From the NCBI GenBank assembly GCA_963664195.1, contig OY760907.1, positions 2,848,001-2,912,000 on the forward strand: a stretch of 64,000 bases of DNA. The letters are read 5' to 3'. The notes beneath the pieces are model-generated. The model did not search any database, was not told the origin of the DNA, and worked only from the letters and a program-made list of their open reading frames with translations. Both the position numbers and the translations under genes were made by a program. The stretch comes from an uncultured candidate division Zixibacteria bacterium. Lineage in GTDB: Bacteria > Zixibacteria > MSB-5A5 > GN15 > FEB-12. This document shows, piece by piece, positions 8,062-17,834 of the stretch. The first letter of the stretch is position 1. Every line of letters starts with the position of its first letter.

Positions 8062-10375
8062 TGTAGTTCGCGAATATCCGAGCCTGTTCCTGTTGCTGTA
8101 TGTGGTTGCGGGGATTTTGCTGGCCGATCAACTCAGGTTGCCGTCGTGGCCCTCGTTGTTGGTGGGGGTGATCTGTTTACTGCTGGTCTTCTACTCTGTC
8201 CATGGCGGACGGCCGCGTATGACGGCAGTTGCTATCGGGCTATCATTCTGTGCTATGTCGGCGTTTCATTTCAGTTTGAACCATGTTGACATAGGGCCGG
8301 GGCATTTGAGCCGTGTTGCGAGCAGCAAGCAGGTATATCATGTTTACGGACGAGTCGCTGATTGGCCGGACCTTCGCTCGGACAGGACCGAAATCAAGAT
8401 TACGGTCGATTCCTTGCGTTCGGGTCGAACCCTGCCGGTCTACGGCGCTGTCATTCTGAAGATCACCGACACGACGACCGCGCTTCAGAGGGGCGATCGA
8501 GTGGAATTCAAGGGGCGTATCTACCCGGTTGAGCAGGGAAGGCATCGTACCGGAAAGTTCGACTACGGCAGGTTTCTGAATCTGAAGGGAGTACAGGGAG
8601 TTGTCTATCTTCCGACAGTGCTGGGAGTGCGGGTGGACAGCCGGTCGGATGTCGGTTATCTGGGAATTGTCGACGACCTTCGCTCGTACATCTCCGTCAG
8701 TCTCAAGCACAATCTAACTCCTGTGTCTGCTGCTCTCGCGAGCGGGTTTCTTATAGGGGAGACGCGAGATATTCCGGCGGATGTCTATACCATGTTTCGC
8801 GACAGCGGCACGCTTCATGTACTGGCTGTGTCCGGGTCAAACGTAGCAGTCGTGGTCGTTTTCTTTCTGTTTGTGCTGCGTCCGTTCAGGCTTTCCCGCA
8901 ATCGACGAAGCGTCATACTTCTGGGTGTCATCATCCTGTTTGCCGGAGTGTGCTACGGCGACCCCTCGGTCGTGCGGGCCTCGGTCATGGCATCGCTGGT
9001 GTTGATTGTCCGGATTCTCGGACGCAGATACGATCTGAACAATATCATTGCGCTGGCAGCGCTGATACTCTTGCTCTTTGATCCTGCACAATTGTACGAC
9101 GTGGGTTTTCAGTTGTCTTTTGTGACGGCCTGGGGGCTGATTGCGTTTGTGCCAAGACTGACCGCGCTGTTCGAAACGTACCACGGTCGTGTGTGGTATC
9201 GATTTGGCGTGTTTCCGTTGTTGATTGCTGTTGTGGCGCAGCTCTGCTCGACCCCGGTCATTGCCTTCTATTTCGAGCGCGTTCCGGTGATCTCCGTTTT
9301 TGCAAACATAGTCGTTGTTCCACTTGCAGGGGTGGCGGTTGTCGCGATTCTGGCTCTATTGACCTCAGGATTGGTGCTTCCGTTGTTGGGGACGTTTGTC
9401 GGATCCCTGGTGGATCCGTTTTTACGCCTTATCGTCTGGCTGCTTCGGTTGATGGGGGGGGAGAGCATGCCCGTGCTCAACACCGGCGAATTGCTTGACG
9501 GTTCTGTTGGCCTTGGATTCGTTCTCCTTGCCTATCTGCTGCTGATGCTGGGTTTTTGGTCGATCCGCTCACTGCGAGCGAGACGCTGCGGCATGATCGT
9601 GGCTGCCATCGCGCTCAATCTGGTTCTGGTACGCGCGGTCTGGTCCGGGACTGATGCGGATTCCGCTACGTTATCGTTGCACAGTGTGCCCGGGGGAGTG
9701 GCTGGAGTAATCGGTTATCCGGAGCGGGATGTCTGTGACTTAGTCCTCACCGGCCTGGCGCGGAAGAAGTATTCGATTGATGAGACGATTCTTTCGCCAA
9801 TGTTGCAGCGAGAGGGATTCAAACGAATAGACCGGATTTTTGTGCTTTCGGCTGATTATGACGCTCTTGGCGACTTAGCGAATCTGGCGCGGCGTCTTGA
9901 CGCAAATTGCGTGTATACTACCGCCCGACTCTGCGGCAGTTTGCACGATGTCATCCGCGCCCGGGACAGCTCACGGACACCAATCGAGATCGTCTGTGCA
10001 GGAAAGTCTGAATGTGAACGGGAGGCATTTGGTCTGTTTGTGTCGGGTTCGGGAATCATCGTTCGGACGAGGGAGATTGAGGTCTGTTTGGTGGATCGCG
10101 TATCTGCCGATCTGGTTGAGCCAGATACGACTGTGGACAATCGCGTGCTGGTAATCGGGAGTCGGTGGCATCCTTCGGCGGCGGATTGGATCGACCTCCG
10201 CGCAGCCGGGTTCACGTCCATTTGCTGTTCAAAAGTTGAACAGCCGGAGACCGGCCAATATGTTGCCGCGGAGCAGGAACCGGATGCGGCTCTGCCCGAG
10301 TATGTTCACGATCTGGATCGGAGCGGAGCGGTTCGCTTTGATCTTATACGTTGCGCCCGAAATGACGATAAATAG
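8039..10375 (+). CDS. comEC: ComEC/Rec2 DNA-uptake channel (DUF4131 + competence domain, degenerate C-terminal MBL-like region)
   Basis: FDYGRFL, FRDSGTLHVLAVSGSNV, PSVVRASVM, DVGFQLSF; TTG start with GGGGAG RBS. Confidence 0.88.
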   Translation: MERLRGSDVVREYPSLFLLLYVVAGILLADQLRLPSWPSLLVGVICLLLVFYSVHGGRPRMTAVAIGLSFCAMSAFHFSLNHVDIGPGHLSRVASSKQVYHVYGRVADWPDLRSDRTEIKITVDSLRSGRTLPVYGAVILKITDTTTALQRGDRVEFKGRIYPVEQGRHRTGKFDYGRFLNLKGVQGVVYLPTVLGVRVDSRSDVGYLGIVDDLRSYISVSLKHNLTPVSAALASGFLIGETRDIPADVYTMFRDSGTLHVLAVSGSNVAVVVVFFLFVLRPFRLSRNRRSVILLGVIILFAGVCYGDPSVVRASVMASLVLIVRILGRRYDLNNIIALAALILLLFDPAQLYDVGFQLSFVTAWGLIAFVPRLTALFETYHGRVWYRFGVFPLLIAVVAQLCSTPVIAFYFERVPVISVFANIVVVPLAGVAVVAILALLTSGLVLPLLGTFVGSLVDPFLRLIVWLLRLMGGESMPVLNTGELLDGSVGLGFVLLAYLLLMLGFWSIRSLRARRCGMIVAAIALNLVLVRAVWSGTDADSATLSLHSVPGGVAGVIGYPERDVCDLVLTGLARKKYSIDETILSPMLQREGFKRIDRIFVLSADYDALGDLANLARRLDANCVYTTARLCGSLHDVIRARDSSRTPIEIVCAGKSECEREAFGLFVSGSGIIVRTREIEVCLVDRVSADLVEPDTTVDNRVLVIGSRWHPSAADWIDLRAAGFTSICCSKVEQPETGQYVAAEQEPDAALPEYVHDLDRSGAVRFDLIRCARNDDK

Positions 10376-10394
10376 GCTCCTTGTTCCTTTCCCG

Positions 10395-10422
10395 TAAAGA
10401 AAAAGCTAATCCGGCCCGATAA
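10395..10422 (+). promoter_or_regulatory. Putative sigma28 (FliA/SigD)-like promoter
   Basis: TAAA-N16-CCCGATAA upstream of the DUF4388 gene. Confidence 0.4.
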
Positions 10423-10485
10423 GAATACAGTACCGCCTTTGCGTTTGGGCAAGGGCAAATATGCTTGAATCAAGGTAATACTGTA

Positions 10486-11697
10486 ATGAGTTTGTCGGGC
10501 AATTTAAAGACAGTTTCATTCCCTGATATCCTTCAGTTGTTGGCGACTGGCAAGAAGACGGGGGTCCTGGAGTGCAAGACCACGACCCGCCAGAAGGAAG
10601 TTGCTTTCAAGGACGGTAATATCATCTATGCGTCGTCGGTCAACAGTACCGAGGATTTGCTGGGAAACATGCTACTGAAACGTGGCCGAATTTCGAAATC
10701 TGATCTGGACCGGGCGATTCAACTTCACAAGCAAACAGGTCGGCAGTTGGGAACGACACTAATCGATATGGGCCTGTTTGATAAACAGGAAATCGGTGAG
10801 TGTTTGAAGTTGCAGATCGAGGAGATTGTGTACAATCTCTTCTCATGGCAGGAAGGTGACTTTGTCTTCCACGAGGGGGATACGCCAAAGAACGCGCCGT
10901 TCCTCATCGAGCTGAACACGATGAATGTCCTCATGGAGGGCACGCGTCGTATCGACGAGTGGCTGGAAATCCAGAAAGTGTTGCCGCCGGATGATGTGAT
11001 GCTCTCAATAGCCTCATCACCCAAAGTCGCGCGGGATGAGCTGGTCATTTCGCTGGATGAGTTTCGTCTGTTGTCCATTATCAATGGTGAGCGGACACTT
11101 CCGGATCTAATCGGCATGTCACCGGCCGGAGAATTCGTCACCTGCCGTGCGTTGTACAAGCTGATAATCAACAACCTCGTTGAAGTCGCCGGGAAACGTG
11201 AGGCGGATCAGAACGCCCGCGACGAGGATGAGGAAGAGATTATTCTTTCGATCCTGTTCAAGATGTATTCCAATTGTTTTTACCGCATACGCAGCCATGT
11301 CGATGAGCTGCTCGGTGAGCACAATACGGTATTTCCGGTGTTTGCCTCGCAATATCGTAGCGGTTTGTTGAGTTTCTTCCCGGGCGTGGATCCGACTTCG
11401 GATCTCATGCCCTCGTACCAGAAGTTTGCCGCGATGGTGCGCAGCATTCCGGGGCCGATTCGGTATCACACGCTCATGGCCGGTTTGGAGAAGATGCTTT
11501 CGGAGCAGTTGCTGTACGTATATCAGATTCTTGGAAACGGATCTTTCCGGGATACCGTCACGAGCGTGAAGAAAGAGATTGCCGAACCGTTGGCGGCTCG
11601 TCGCGAGCTGGTCAAGCGGTACGGCATTGAGGAAGCTTTTTACGGCACGATCAAGCGCGCCGACAAAATGGTAAAGATGGTGAGGGGTCAAGGATGA
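10486..11697 (+). CDS. DUF4388 (PATAN-like) domain protein with an embedded MshEN-like segment
   Basis: LSGNLKTVSFPDILQLL..KTGVL..FKDGNIIYA, LLGNMLLKRGRIS, LFSWQEGDFVF, LMEGTRRIDEW. Confidence 0.85.
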   Translation: MSLSGNLKTVSFPDILQLLATGKKTGVLECKTTTRQKEVAFKDGNIIYASSVNSTEDLLGNMLLKRGRISKSDLDRAIQLHKQTGRQLGTTLIDMGLFDKQEIGECLKLQIEEIVYNLFSWQEGDFVFHEGDTPKNAPFLIELNTMNVLMEGTRRIDEWLEIQKVLPPDDVMLSIASSPKVARDELVISLDEFRLLSIINGERTLPDLIGMSPAGEFVTCRALYKLIINNLVEVAGKREADQNARDEDEEEIILSILFKMYSNCFYRIRSHVDELLGEHNTVFPVFASQYRSGLLSFFPGVDPTSDLMPSYQKFAAMVRSIPGPIRYHTLMAGLEKMLSEQLLYVYQILGNGSFRDTVTSVKKEIAEPLAARRELVKRYGIEEAFYGTIKRADKMVKMVRGQG

Positions 11698-12056
11698 GAA
11701 AGAGCCTGTTGCTAAGTGTATTGGTGATATTGGGATGGACCAACTCGGCCTATGCCGCGAACCTGGCGGTCATAACCCAGCCGCCGACCATACTCAACCT
11801 GGTAGTGTTTCTGCTGGCTTGCGTATCGGCCCTGTTCTGTTACCATGTGCTGTCTGCCGTTAAGGGCGGTCACCTCAGTAAGAGCTGGAAGTTTTTCGTG
11901 ATCGGATTTGGCGTGTTGGCGGCCAGTCAACTCGTTGGTTTGCTTCAGACGTTCGAGGTGATGGCACTTCCTGTGTGGGTGTCTCCGGCGTTAATGGTGG
12001 CTTGGATCGGGGTGTTCTTCTACGCAGTAATGGACGCGAAGCGAATACTTGGGTAG
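11694..12056 (+). CDS. Small membrane protein
   Basis: Four hydrophobic segments; ATGA overlap with the upstream gene. Confidence 0.7.
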   Translation: MRKSLLLSVLVILGWTNSAYAANLAVITQPPTILNLVVFLLACVSALFCYHVLSAVKGGHLSKSWKFFVIGFGVLAASQLVGLLQTFEVMALPVWVSPALMVAWIGVFFYAVMDAKRILG

Positions 12057-12069
12057 AGGCTAATTTCAG

Positions 12070-12098
12070 TTGACATAACTATATGTGAGATTTATAAT
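12070..12098 (+). promoter_or_regulatory. Perfect-consensus sigma70 promoter for the roadblock/mgl operon
   Basis: TTGACA-N17-TATAAT. Confidence 0.8.
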
Positions 12099-12166
12099 TA
12101 GGGCGGCAAATAAATTAGCTAATTGTCTAACCAGTTGCCGATAAACCTTTTACCGAGAATACATGA

Positions 12167-13045
12167 ATGCCTGTTGCGGTTGAGAACAATGAAATAGACG
12201 AGCGGATCGAGAAATGCGAGAAAATTCTTGCAGTGAATCCCAACTCGCAGATTTTTGCCGCATTGGCCGAGGCGTACCGTCGCAAGGGAGCTTTGGACAA
12301 AGCTTTTCGGATCTGCCAGAACGGTTTGAAGGTCCACCCCTCGTATGGTTCAGCTCACGTCGTGATGGCGAAGATCAATCTTGACCGCCGGTTGTACGAC
12401 TGGGCTGAGGCCGAGGTACAGAAGGCGATTGAGGTTGATGGTAAGAGTCGCGCTATTGAACTGCTCTTGGCTGAGATTTACCTCTATCGCGGTGAGTATG
12501 ACCGGGCCACTCGTCTTTTGAAGGCGTTGCACCGGACGGATGAAGGCAATGCGCAGATCAAGCGTTTGCTGGAGATTGCCCGGCAGATACCGGAAGAGCA
12601 GGAAGCGCAGAAATCAGGCGCTATCCGGCTCTCAGTGGCTGAGACGGTTGTCGAGACCAATGCGAAGCCTGTTGGCGAGCCGGAGGCTGAGAAGCCTCGG
12701 GACATCGGTTGTTCCGACATTTTGAAGCAGGCCATGGCGATTGCCAACGTTTTGGGAGCGCAGTTTGTTAATCCTGAAGGTTTGACGATTGAAGCGCAGT
12801 GGCGGGCGAACTTTGATGAAGCCACGAGCGGTGCAGTGTTTGGGGAGGTCGGGGCATTTCTGAACTCGGAGATGGTCAAGGCCTCTTTTGGGGAAGTTCA
12901 GACTGTCCTGGTAGAGAATGAAGGGTACGTGTTCTACCTTTTGCGGGTAAGTAACGGAATGTTCCTGTTTGTCGCTGATGCCGAGGTAAACCTTGGCACG
13001 TTGCGAATGCGATTGGGCGATCTGATGGGGCGTTTCCACCAATAA
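12167..13045 (+). CDS. TPR protein with a C-terminal roadblock/LC7-like domain
   Basis: TPR pattern FAALAEAYRRKG..HPSYGSAHVVMAKI. C-terminal VLGAQFVNPEGLTI..FGEVQTVLVE..VNLGTLR. Confidence 0.8.
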   Translation: MPVAVENNEIDERIEKCEKILAVNPNSQIFAALAEAYRRKGALDKAFRICQNGLKVHPSYGSAHVVMAKINLDRRLYDWAEAEVQKAIEVDGKSRAIELLLAEIYLYRGEYDRATRLLKALHRTDEGNAQIKRLLEIARQIPEEQEAQKSGAIRLSVAETVVETNAKPVGEPEAEKPRDIGCSDILKQAMAIANVLGAQFVNPEGLTIEAQWRANFDEATSGAVFGEVGAFLNSEMVKASFGEVQTVLVENEGYVFYLLRVSNGMFLFVADAEVNLGTLRMRLGDLMGRFHQ

Positions 13046-13060
13046 GAATGCAAGGTTGAA

Positions 13061-14065
13061 ATGGAAATTACAGGACGCATCGTTCAGAAGCTCGTGCTGT
13101 TTTCTCTCGCGATGTTGATCGTCCCGATGGTTGCCTTCCCGGCACAATTCGGCACTCAACTCGCGCGGGGATCCTTGATCACGGTATTGTACGAGCTGGC
13201 GTACTACGGGTTCGTGGTGTACATGTTGAAGCGACGTGGTGGTCTCCTGCAGTTGATGCCTGCCGCCGGGATTTGCCTGGTGTACCGACTGCTCATGGGC
13301 GCGCTGTTTGGTCTAACCATATCGGCGTTGTACTCGATGGACGCCCGTCTGTCACTGACGTTTGGTTTGTCGAGCTACTTGCCCGGAATACTGTTTCACG
13401 TAGTGATGGCACCTTTCGTGCTGAAGGCATTGATTGACCAGTATTATCAGGCTGTTTTGCCGGCCCAGCGGGCGAAATTTGATCATCCGGAAACGGAAGG
13501 CGTAGAACAGGGACGGACTTCGTTGGCCGTTTCGAAAGACCGCGGCTTTGTTTCTGACCAGACCCCGCAGCAACCGGAGGTGGTGCGCGCCGAGATAGCA
13601 CCGGAGTCGACCTCTTCGCCGAGAGCGATTTCCGAGCCGCCGAGTTCCGGTGACGCGCACGGTTTTGACCGGGCAGTAAAGTATATCGGTGAACACGGTT
13701 CGGTGCATCTGGCTGCCGTGGTGGATGTCGAAGGATTGTTGCTGGCAAACTATGTTCGTGGCTCCTTTGATCCGGAAGAGTGGGCACCTCTGGCGCTCCT
13801 GTTCCAGAGCAGTTCCAGCAGGATTCTTGCGCGCGGGCGTCTTGGTTCACCGGAGAAGATTGACTTCAGATTGGCCGATACTCGATTGAGTGTTGCTACA
13901 GGTCAGGGATTCTCCCTGATAGTGATATCGGAGCGTCAGTCCGACGATGTCCTTGGCATCCGGATAAACCAGGCGCTCGAAATGATCAGGAAGTTTGTTG
14001 ATGAGCGTTACAGCGGCAAGCTGAACTCTAACGCGGAGAGAATACATGTACGAAGTGCTGAATGA
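13061..14065 (+). CDS. Membrane protein (about 4 TM) with a C-terminal roadblock/LC7-like domain
   Basis: Hydrophobic N-terminal ~125 aa, Pro-rich linker, then VHLAAVVDVEGLLLA..LGSPEKIDF..IRINQALEMI. Confidence 0.75.
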   Translation: MEITGRIVQKLVLFSLAMLIVPMVAFPAQFGTQLARGSLITVLYELAYYGFVVYMLKRRGGLLQLMPAAGICLVYRLLMGALFGLTISALYSMDARLSLTFGLSSYLPGILFHVVMAPFVLKALIDQYYQAVLPAQRAKFDHPETEGVEQGRTSLAVSKDRGFVSDQTPQQPEVVRAEIAPESTSSPRAISEPPSSGDAHGFDRAVKYIGEHGSVHLAAVVDVEGLLLANYVRGSFDPEEWAPLALLFQSSSSRILARGRLGSPEKIDFRLADTRLSVATGQGFSLIVISERQSDDVLGIRINQALEMIRKFVDERYSGKLNSNAERIHVRSAE

Positions 14066-14387
14066 CCTTAACAAGACGCCCGGGATCACCGGCTCGATGG
14101 TTGTTGGAAACGACGGCATCGTGATCGCCTCGGATCTGAAGGAAGATTTCGAGAGCGATACCGTGGGCGCCCTCGCGGCCTCGATCACCAGCAACATCCA
14201 GAAATCGCTGGATCGTCTGGAGACCAAACCGTGGGCACAGGTGACGATTGAGTCTGACAATGCCAAACTGTTTTTCACCGACGCCCAGTTGGGTATTCTT
14301 GTCGTAACGACAGAGAAGATGGTGAACATTGGCCTTGTACGGCTGGAGATTAAGAACGCGATAGATAAACTGAGGCTGGCCGGTTAA
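14046..14387 (+). CDS. Stand-alone roadblock/LC7 protein (MglB/MglC-like)
   Basis: PGITGSMVVGNDGIVIASD..GALAASI..VNIGLVRLEI. Confidence 0.88.
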   Translation: MYEVLNDLNKTPGITGSMVVGNDGIVIASDLKEDFESDTVGALAASITSNIQKSLDRLETKPWAQVTIESDNAKLFFTDAQLGILVVTTEKMVNIGLVRLEIKNAIDKLRLAG

Positions 14388-14417
14388 GTCGGTCGAACCC
14401 AACTTGGACTAGGTGCC

Positions 14418-15473
14418 ATGGTTTCGATAAATTATTCTGCACGAGAAGTGTGCTGTAAGATTGTGTATTACGGGCCGGGTCTGTCTGGCAAGACGACCAA
14501 CTTGCAATACGTGCACGGCAAGGTCCCGCAAGATACGCGGGGCAAACTGATTTCGCTGGCCACTGAGGCGGACCGGACGCTGTACTTTGATTTTCTTCCG
14601 ATCAATATCGGAACGATCAACGGCTTTCAGGCCAAGTTCCAGTTGTACACGGTCCCCGGTCAGGTCTACTACAACGCGACCCGTAAGCTCGTATTGCGCG
14701 GGTGCGACGGAGTCGTTTTTGTGGCCGACAGCCAGCCGGACAAGATGGACGAGAACCTCGAATCGCTGGCCAATCTCGAAGAGAACCTTCGTGAGTACGG
14801 CTACGATCCGGACACGATGCCGTTGGTGATTCAGTACAACAAGCAGGATCTTCCGGGTGTGATGAGCACCGCTGATCTGGATGCTATATTGAATCCGAAA
14901 GGGCGTCCCACGTTTGAGGCCTCGGCCACGGTAGGTAACGGCGTTTTTGATACGCTGAAGAAAATCATCAAGATGGTTCTCGAGAAGGCCAAGGCAACAG
15001 GTGAGGCTCCTTCCGCACAGGCCCAGAGGCCGGTTGCGACTGCAGCGCCGGTTGCAGCGCCCGCTCCGGTAGAAGCGGCTTACCCGTCATCGCAGCCTGA
15101 ACAGGAACGTGTACCGGTGTCGGCGGTAGCGGCTCCGCCTGAGTCGGCTGAGAAACCTGTTCCGGCCTCCGTGATGGCTGCCACGGCAGTAGAAGTTGCC
15201 GCTCCTGCGGCCACTGCCACGGCACATCGACCGTATCCCGGGAGTACTGGAAGTATAGATCGTAAGGCGGTGCCGGTTGGATTTGGCCAGCAGGAACCGG
15301 AGGCAGCGGTGGCAACTCCGCCGGCTCCGACCGCTGAGACCGAGGTTAGCACGCCGACCGAACCGCAGGAAGAATCGCGTTCTGGATCCTCGCCTCAAAT
15401 GGCTCCGTCACTGCGTCGTCGTGGCGAGTCCAAGAAGCGTGGATTCTTCAAACGCCTGTTTGGTATTAAGTAA
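14418..15473 (+). CDS. mglA: MglA-family small GTPase with a ~160-aa Pro/Ala-rich tail
   Basis: KIVYYGPGLSGKTTNL, DRTLYFDF, YTVPGQVYYNATRKLVLRG, NKQD, EASA. Confidence 0.93.
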   Translation: MVSINYSAREVCCKIVYYGPGLSGKTTNLQYVHGKVPQDTRGKLISLATEADRTLYFDFLPINIGTINGFQAKFQLYTVPGQVYYNATRKLVLRGCDGVVFVADSQPDKMDENLESLANLEENLREYGYDPDTMPLVIQYNKQDLPGVMSTADLDAILNPKGRPTFEASATVGNGVFDTLKKIIKMVLEKAKATGEAPSAQAQRPVATAAPVAAPAPVEAAYPSSQPEQERVPVSAVAAPPESAEKPVPASVMAATAVEVAAPAATATAHRPYPGSTGSIDRKAVPVGFGQQEPEAAVATPPAPTAETEVSTPTEPQEESRSGSSPQMAPSLRRRGESKKRGFFKRLFGIK

Positions 15474-15495
15474 ATTCGTTGAACCGGAGGACGCA

Positions 15496-15984
15496 ATGTC
15501 TGACGATAGCTTGATCATATACGAGGAAGAGATCAACAAGATTGATGCTCTCCTGAAGAAGATGCTCAAAGGGGCTGAAGCCAAATGTGCTCTTCTCGTT
15601 GACAAAGACGGACACCTGATAACTCGTCAGGGGTTCACTCACTCGCTTGATACAACAGCGCTGGCGGCGCTCCTGGCGGGGTCGTTTGCCTCGACCAAGG
15701 AGATAGCCAAACTCGTCGGTGAGCCGGAGTTTTCGGTGCTGTTCCACCAGGGTAAGAAAGATCACATCCACATGTCTATTGTGGGTGAACGCTCGATACT
15801 GGTTGTTATTTTCGATGATCGGACCACCATCGGTATGGTACGTCTGTACGCCAAGGAGACTGCGGTTGAACTGGCCAACATCTTTGAAGAAGTACAGACT
15901 CGCAAGGAAGAGGTGCCGCAGGGAATCTCCGACGAATTCTCGGATATGGCGCAAGACAAACTTGACGACATCTTTCAGGACTAG
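15496..15984 (+). CDS. mglB: MglB roadblock protein (GTPase regulator)
   Basis: IIYEEE, LLVDKDGHLI, AALLAGSFAST, FSVLFHQGKKDHIH, IGMVRL, acidic C-terminal helix ending LDDIF. Confidence 0.9.
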   Translation: MSDDSLIIYEEEINKIDALLKKMLKGAEAKCALLVDKDGHLITRQGFTHSLDTTALAALLAGSFASTKEIAKLVGEPEFSVLFHQGKKDHIHMSIVGERSILVVIFDDRTTIGMVRLYAKETAVELANIFEEVQTRKEEVPQGISDEFSDMAQDKLDDIFQD

Positions 15985-16060
15985 TCTGTCCTGATATTGA
16001 AGAGGCGCCGCCGGCTGGCGGCTGGACAACGAACTAAACGATAGGACTGGCGACCAACCG

Positions 16061-17755
16061 ATGTCTGCTGAACTCAGCTCGATTCTAGTAAAGGCCGGCA
16101 AAATTACCCAGGAACAGGCCGATCAGGCGCTGGAACGTGCAAAAAAGGGTAAGGAGAAATTTGCCAAGGTTCTTGTGGATATCGGTGCTGTTACGACCGA
16201 AGACGAAATCTCCGGTCTTATCGGCAAACACCTCAAGATTGGGGCGTTGCATCTCAGCGACGTAGAGCTCAATCCGGATGTCGTCAAGCTCATTCCCCTC
16301 GATATAGCGCGTAAGTTCAAAGTCATTGCGATCAGCAAGATCGGCAAGACGCTTCTTGTCGCGATCAGTGACCCGAACAATATCTATGTTCTCGACGCTA
16401 TCAAGTTCATCACCGGCTGCACCGTGCAACCGGCTATTGCGCCCGGTGACGAGATCGAGAAGTCCATTGAGCAGTATTACACCGACGCCGGGGGATTATC
16501 GGAAATCGTCAGGGGCATGGAGGAAGATCCTGACCTGGAAGTTGTCTCCGCCGAGGAAGTACCGTCGGAATCGGATCTCTTGTCTCAGATTCAGGACAAG
16601 CCGCTTGTCAAGCTGGTGGATTCAATTGTTGGTGATGCTATCAGGATGGGTGCATCTGACATTCACTTTGAGATGTACGAGAAACGAATTCGCGTTCGTT
16701 ACCGCATAGATGGTGACCTTCGCGAGATGGCGCCGCTGCCTTTCAAGTATCGCGCGGCGATTGTATCTCGAATCAAGATCATGGCCGAACTGGACATCTC
16801 AGAGCGCCGATTGCCGCAGGATGGACGTATCAAAATCAAGATTACCGGGCGTACGGTTGACCTTCGTGTCTCCTGTCTGCCGACCATTTTCGGTGAGAAG
16901 GTGGTTATGCGTATTCTTGATCCGATGGCGCTCAAGATTGACATGACGCAGCTCGGTTTTCGCCAGGAGGATCTCGACAAGTTCAAGGAGAAGATCCACT
17001 CCCCGTTTGGAATCGTGCTGGTGACCGGGCCAACCGGTTCGGGTAAGACGACGACGCTATACTCGGCGCTTCAGCAGATCAACACGATCGATGTGAATAT
17101 TATGACCGCTGAAGACCCCGTTGAGTTCAACTTTGAAGGCATTAACCAGGTGGCGGTTAAGTCCGAGATCGGGCTAACGTTTGCGGCCGCGCTCAGATCA
17201 TTCCTTCGTCAGGATCCGGACATCGTGATGCTTGGTGAAATCCGTGATGCCGAGACGGCGGAGATCGCCATCAAGGCGGCACTTACGGGTCACCTTGTGT
17301 TCTCCACGCTGCATACCAATGATGCTCCATCATCGATTACTCGTCTGATCGACATGGGGACGCCGTACTACCTGGTTGCTTCCGCGACGCAGCTCATCAT
17401 GGCCCAGCGTATGATGCGCACAATCTGTCCGAAGTGCAAAGAAGAGATCAACCTGCTTCCCGAGCAGGTCGAAGCTCTCAAGGTTCCGCCGGATCTTCTG
17501 CGAGGTATTCGCGCTTTCCGTGGACGTGGGTGCAGTGCCTGTGGTGATACGGGCAAGAAAGGCCGTACGGGTATCTACGAAGTCATGCCGATGTCTCCCG
17601 CGATTGAGAATCTCGTGCTCCAAAAGGCGCCTGATTCAGAGATTCGGAAGGTAGCCCTGGAGGAGGGCATGTTTTCTCTCCGGATGGCTGCTGTCGACAA
17701 AATGAAGCAGGGGATAGTCAGTCTTGACGAAGTAGTTGCTGTGACCACGGCATAG
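16061..17755 (+). CDS. pilB: Type IV pilus assembly ATPase PilB
   Basis: ASDIHFE, ERRLPQDGR, GPTGSGKTTT, EDPVE, LRQDPD, TGHLVFSTLH, CPKC/CSAC zinc motif. Confidence 0.93.
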   Translation: MSAELSSILVKAGKITQEQADQALERAKKGKEKFAKVLVDIGAVTTEDEISGLIGKHLKIGALHLSDVELNPDVVKLIPLDIARKFKVIAISKIGKTLLVAISDPNNIYVLDAIKFITGCTVQPAIAPGDEIEKSIEQYYTDAGGLSEIVRGMEEDPDLEVVSAEEVPSESDLLSQIQDKPLVKLVDSIVGDAIRMGASDIHFEMYEKRIRVRYRIDGDLREMAPLPFKYRAAIVSRIKIMAELDISERRLPQDGRIKIKITGRTVDLRVSCLPTIFGEKVVMRILDPMALKIDMTQLGFRQEDLDKFKEKIHSPFGIVLVTGPTGSGKTTTLYSALQQINTIDVNIMTAEDPVEFNFEGINQVAVKSEIGLTFAAALRSFLRQDPDIVMLGEIRDAETAEIAIKAALTGHLVFSTLHTNDAPSSITRLIDMGTPYYLVASATQLIMAQRMMRTICPKCKEEINLLPEQVEALKVPPDLLRGIRAFRGRGCSACGDTGKKGRTGIYEVMPMSPAIENLVLQKAPDSEIRKVALEEGMFSLRMAAVDKMKQGIVSLDEVVAVTTA

Positions 17756-17834
17756 GAATCTTTTCGGGCTTTTCTTTCTTTCTTGAAAGGCCTGTCTCTC
17801 AATCAGTTAGCGTGACTTCAGTAAGTTTTTCCGG

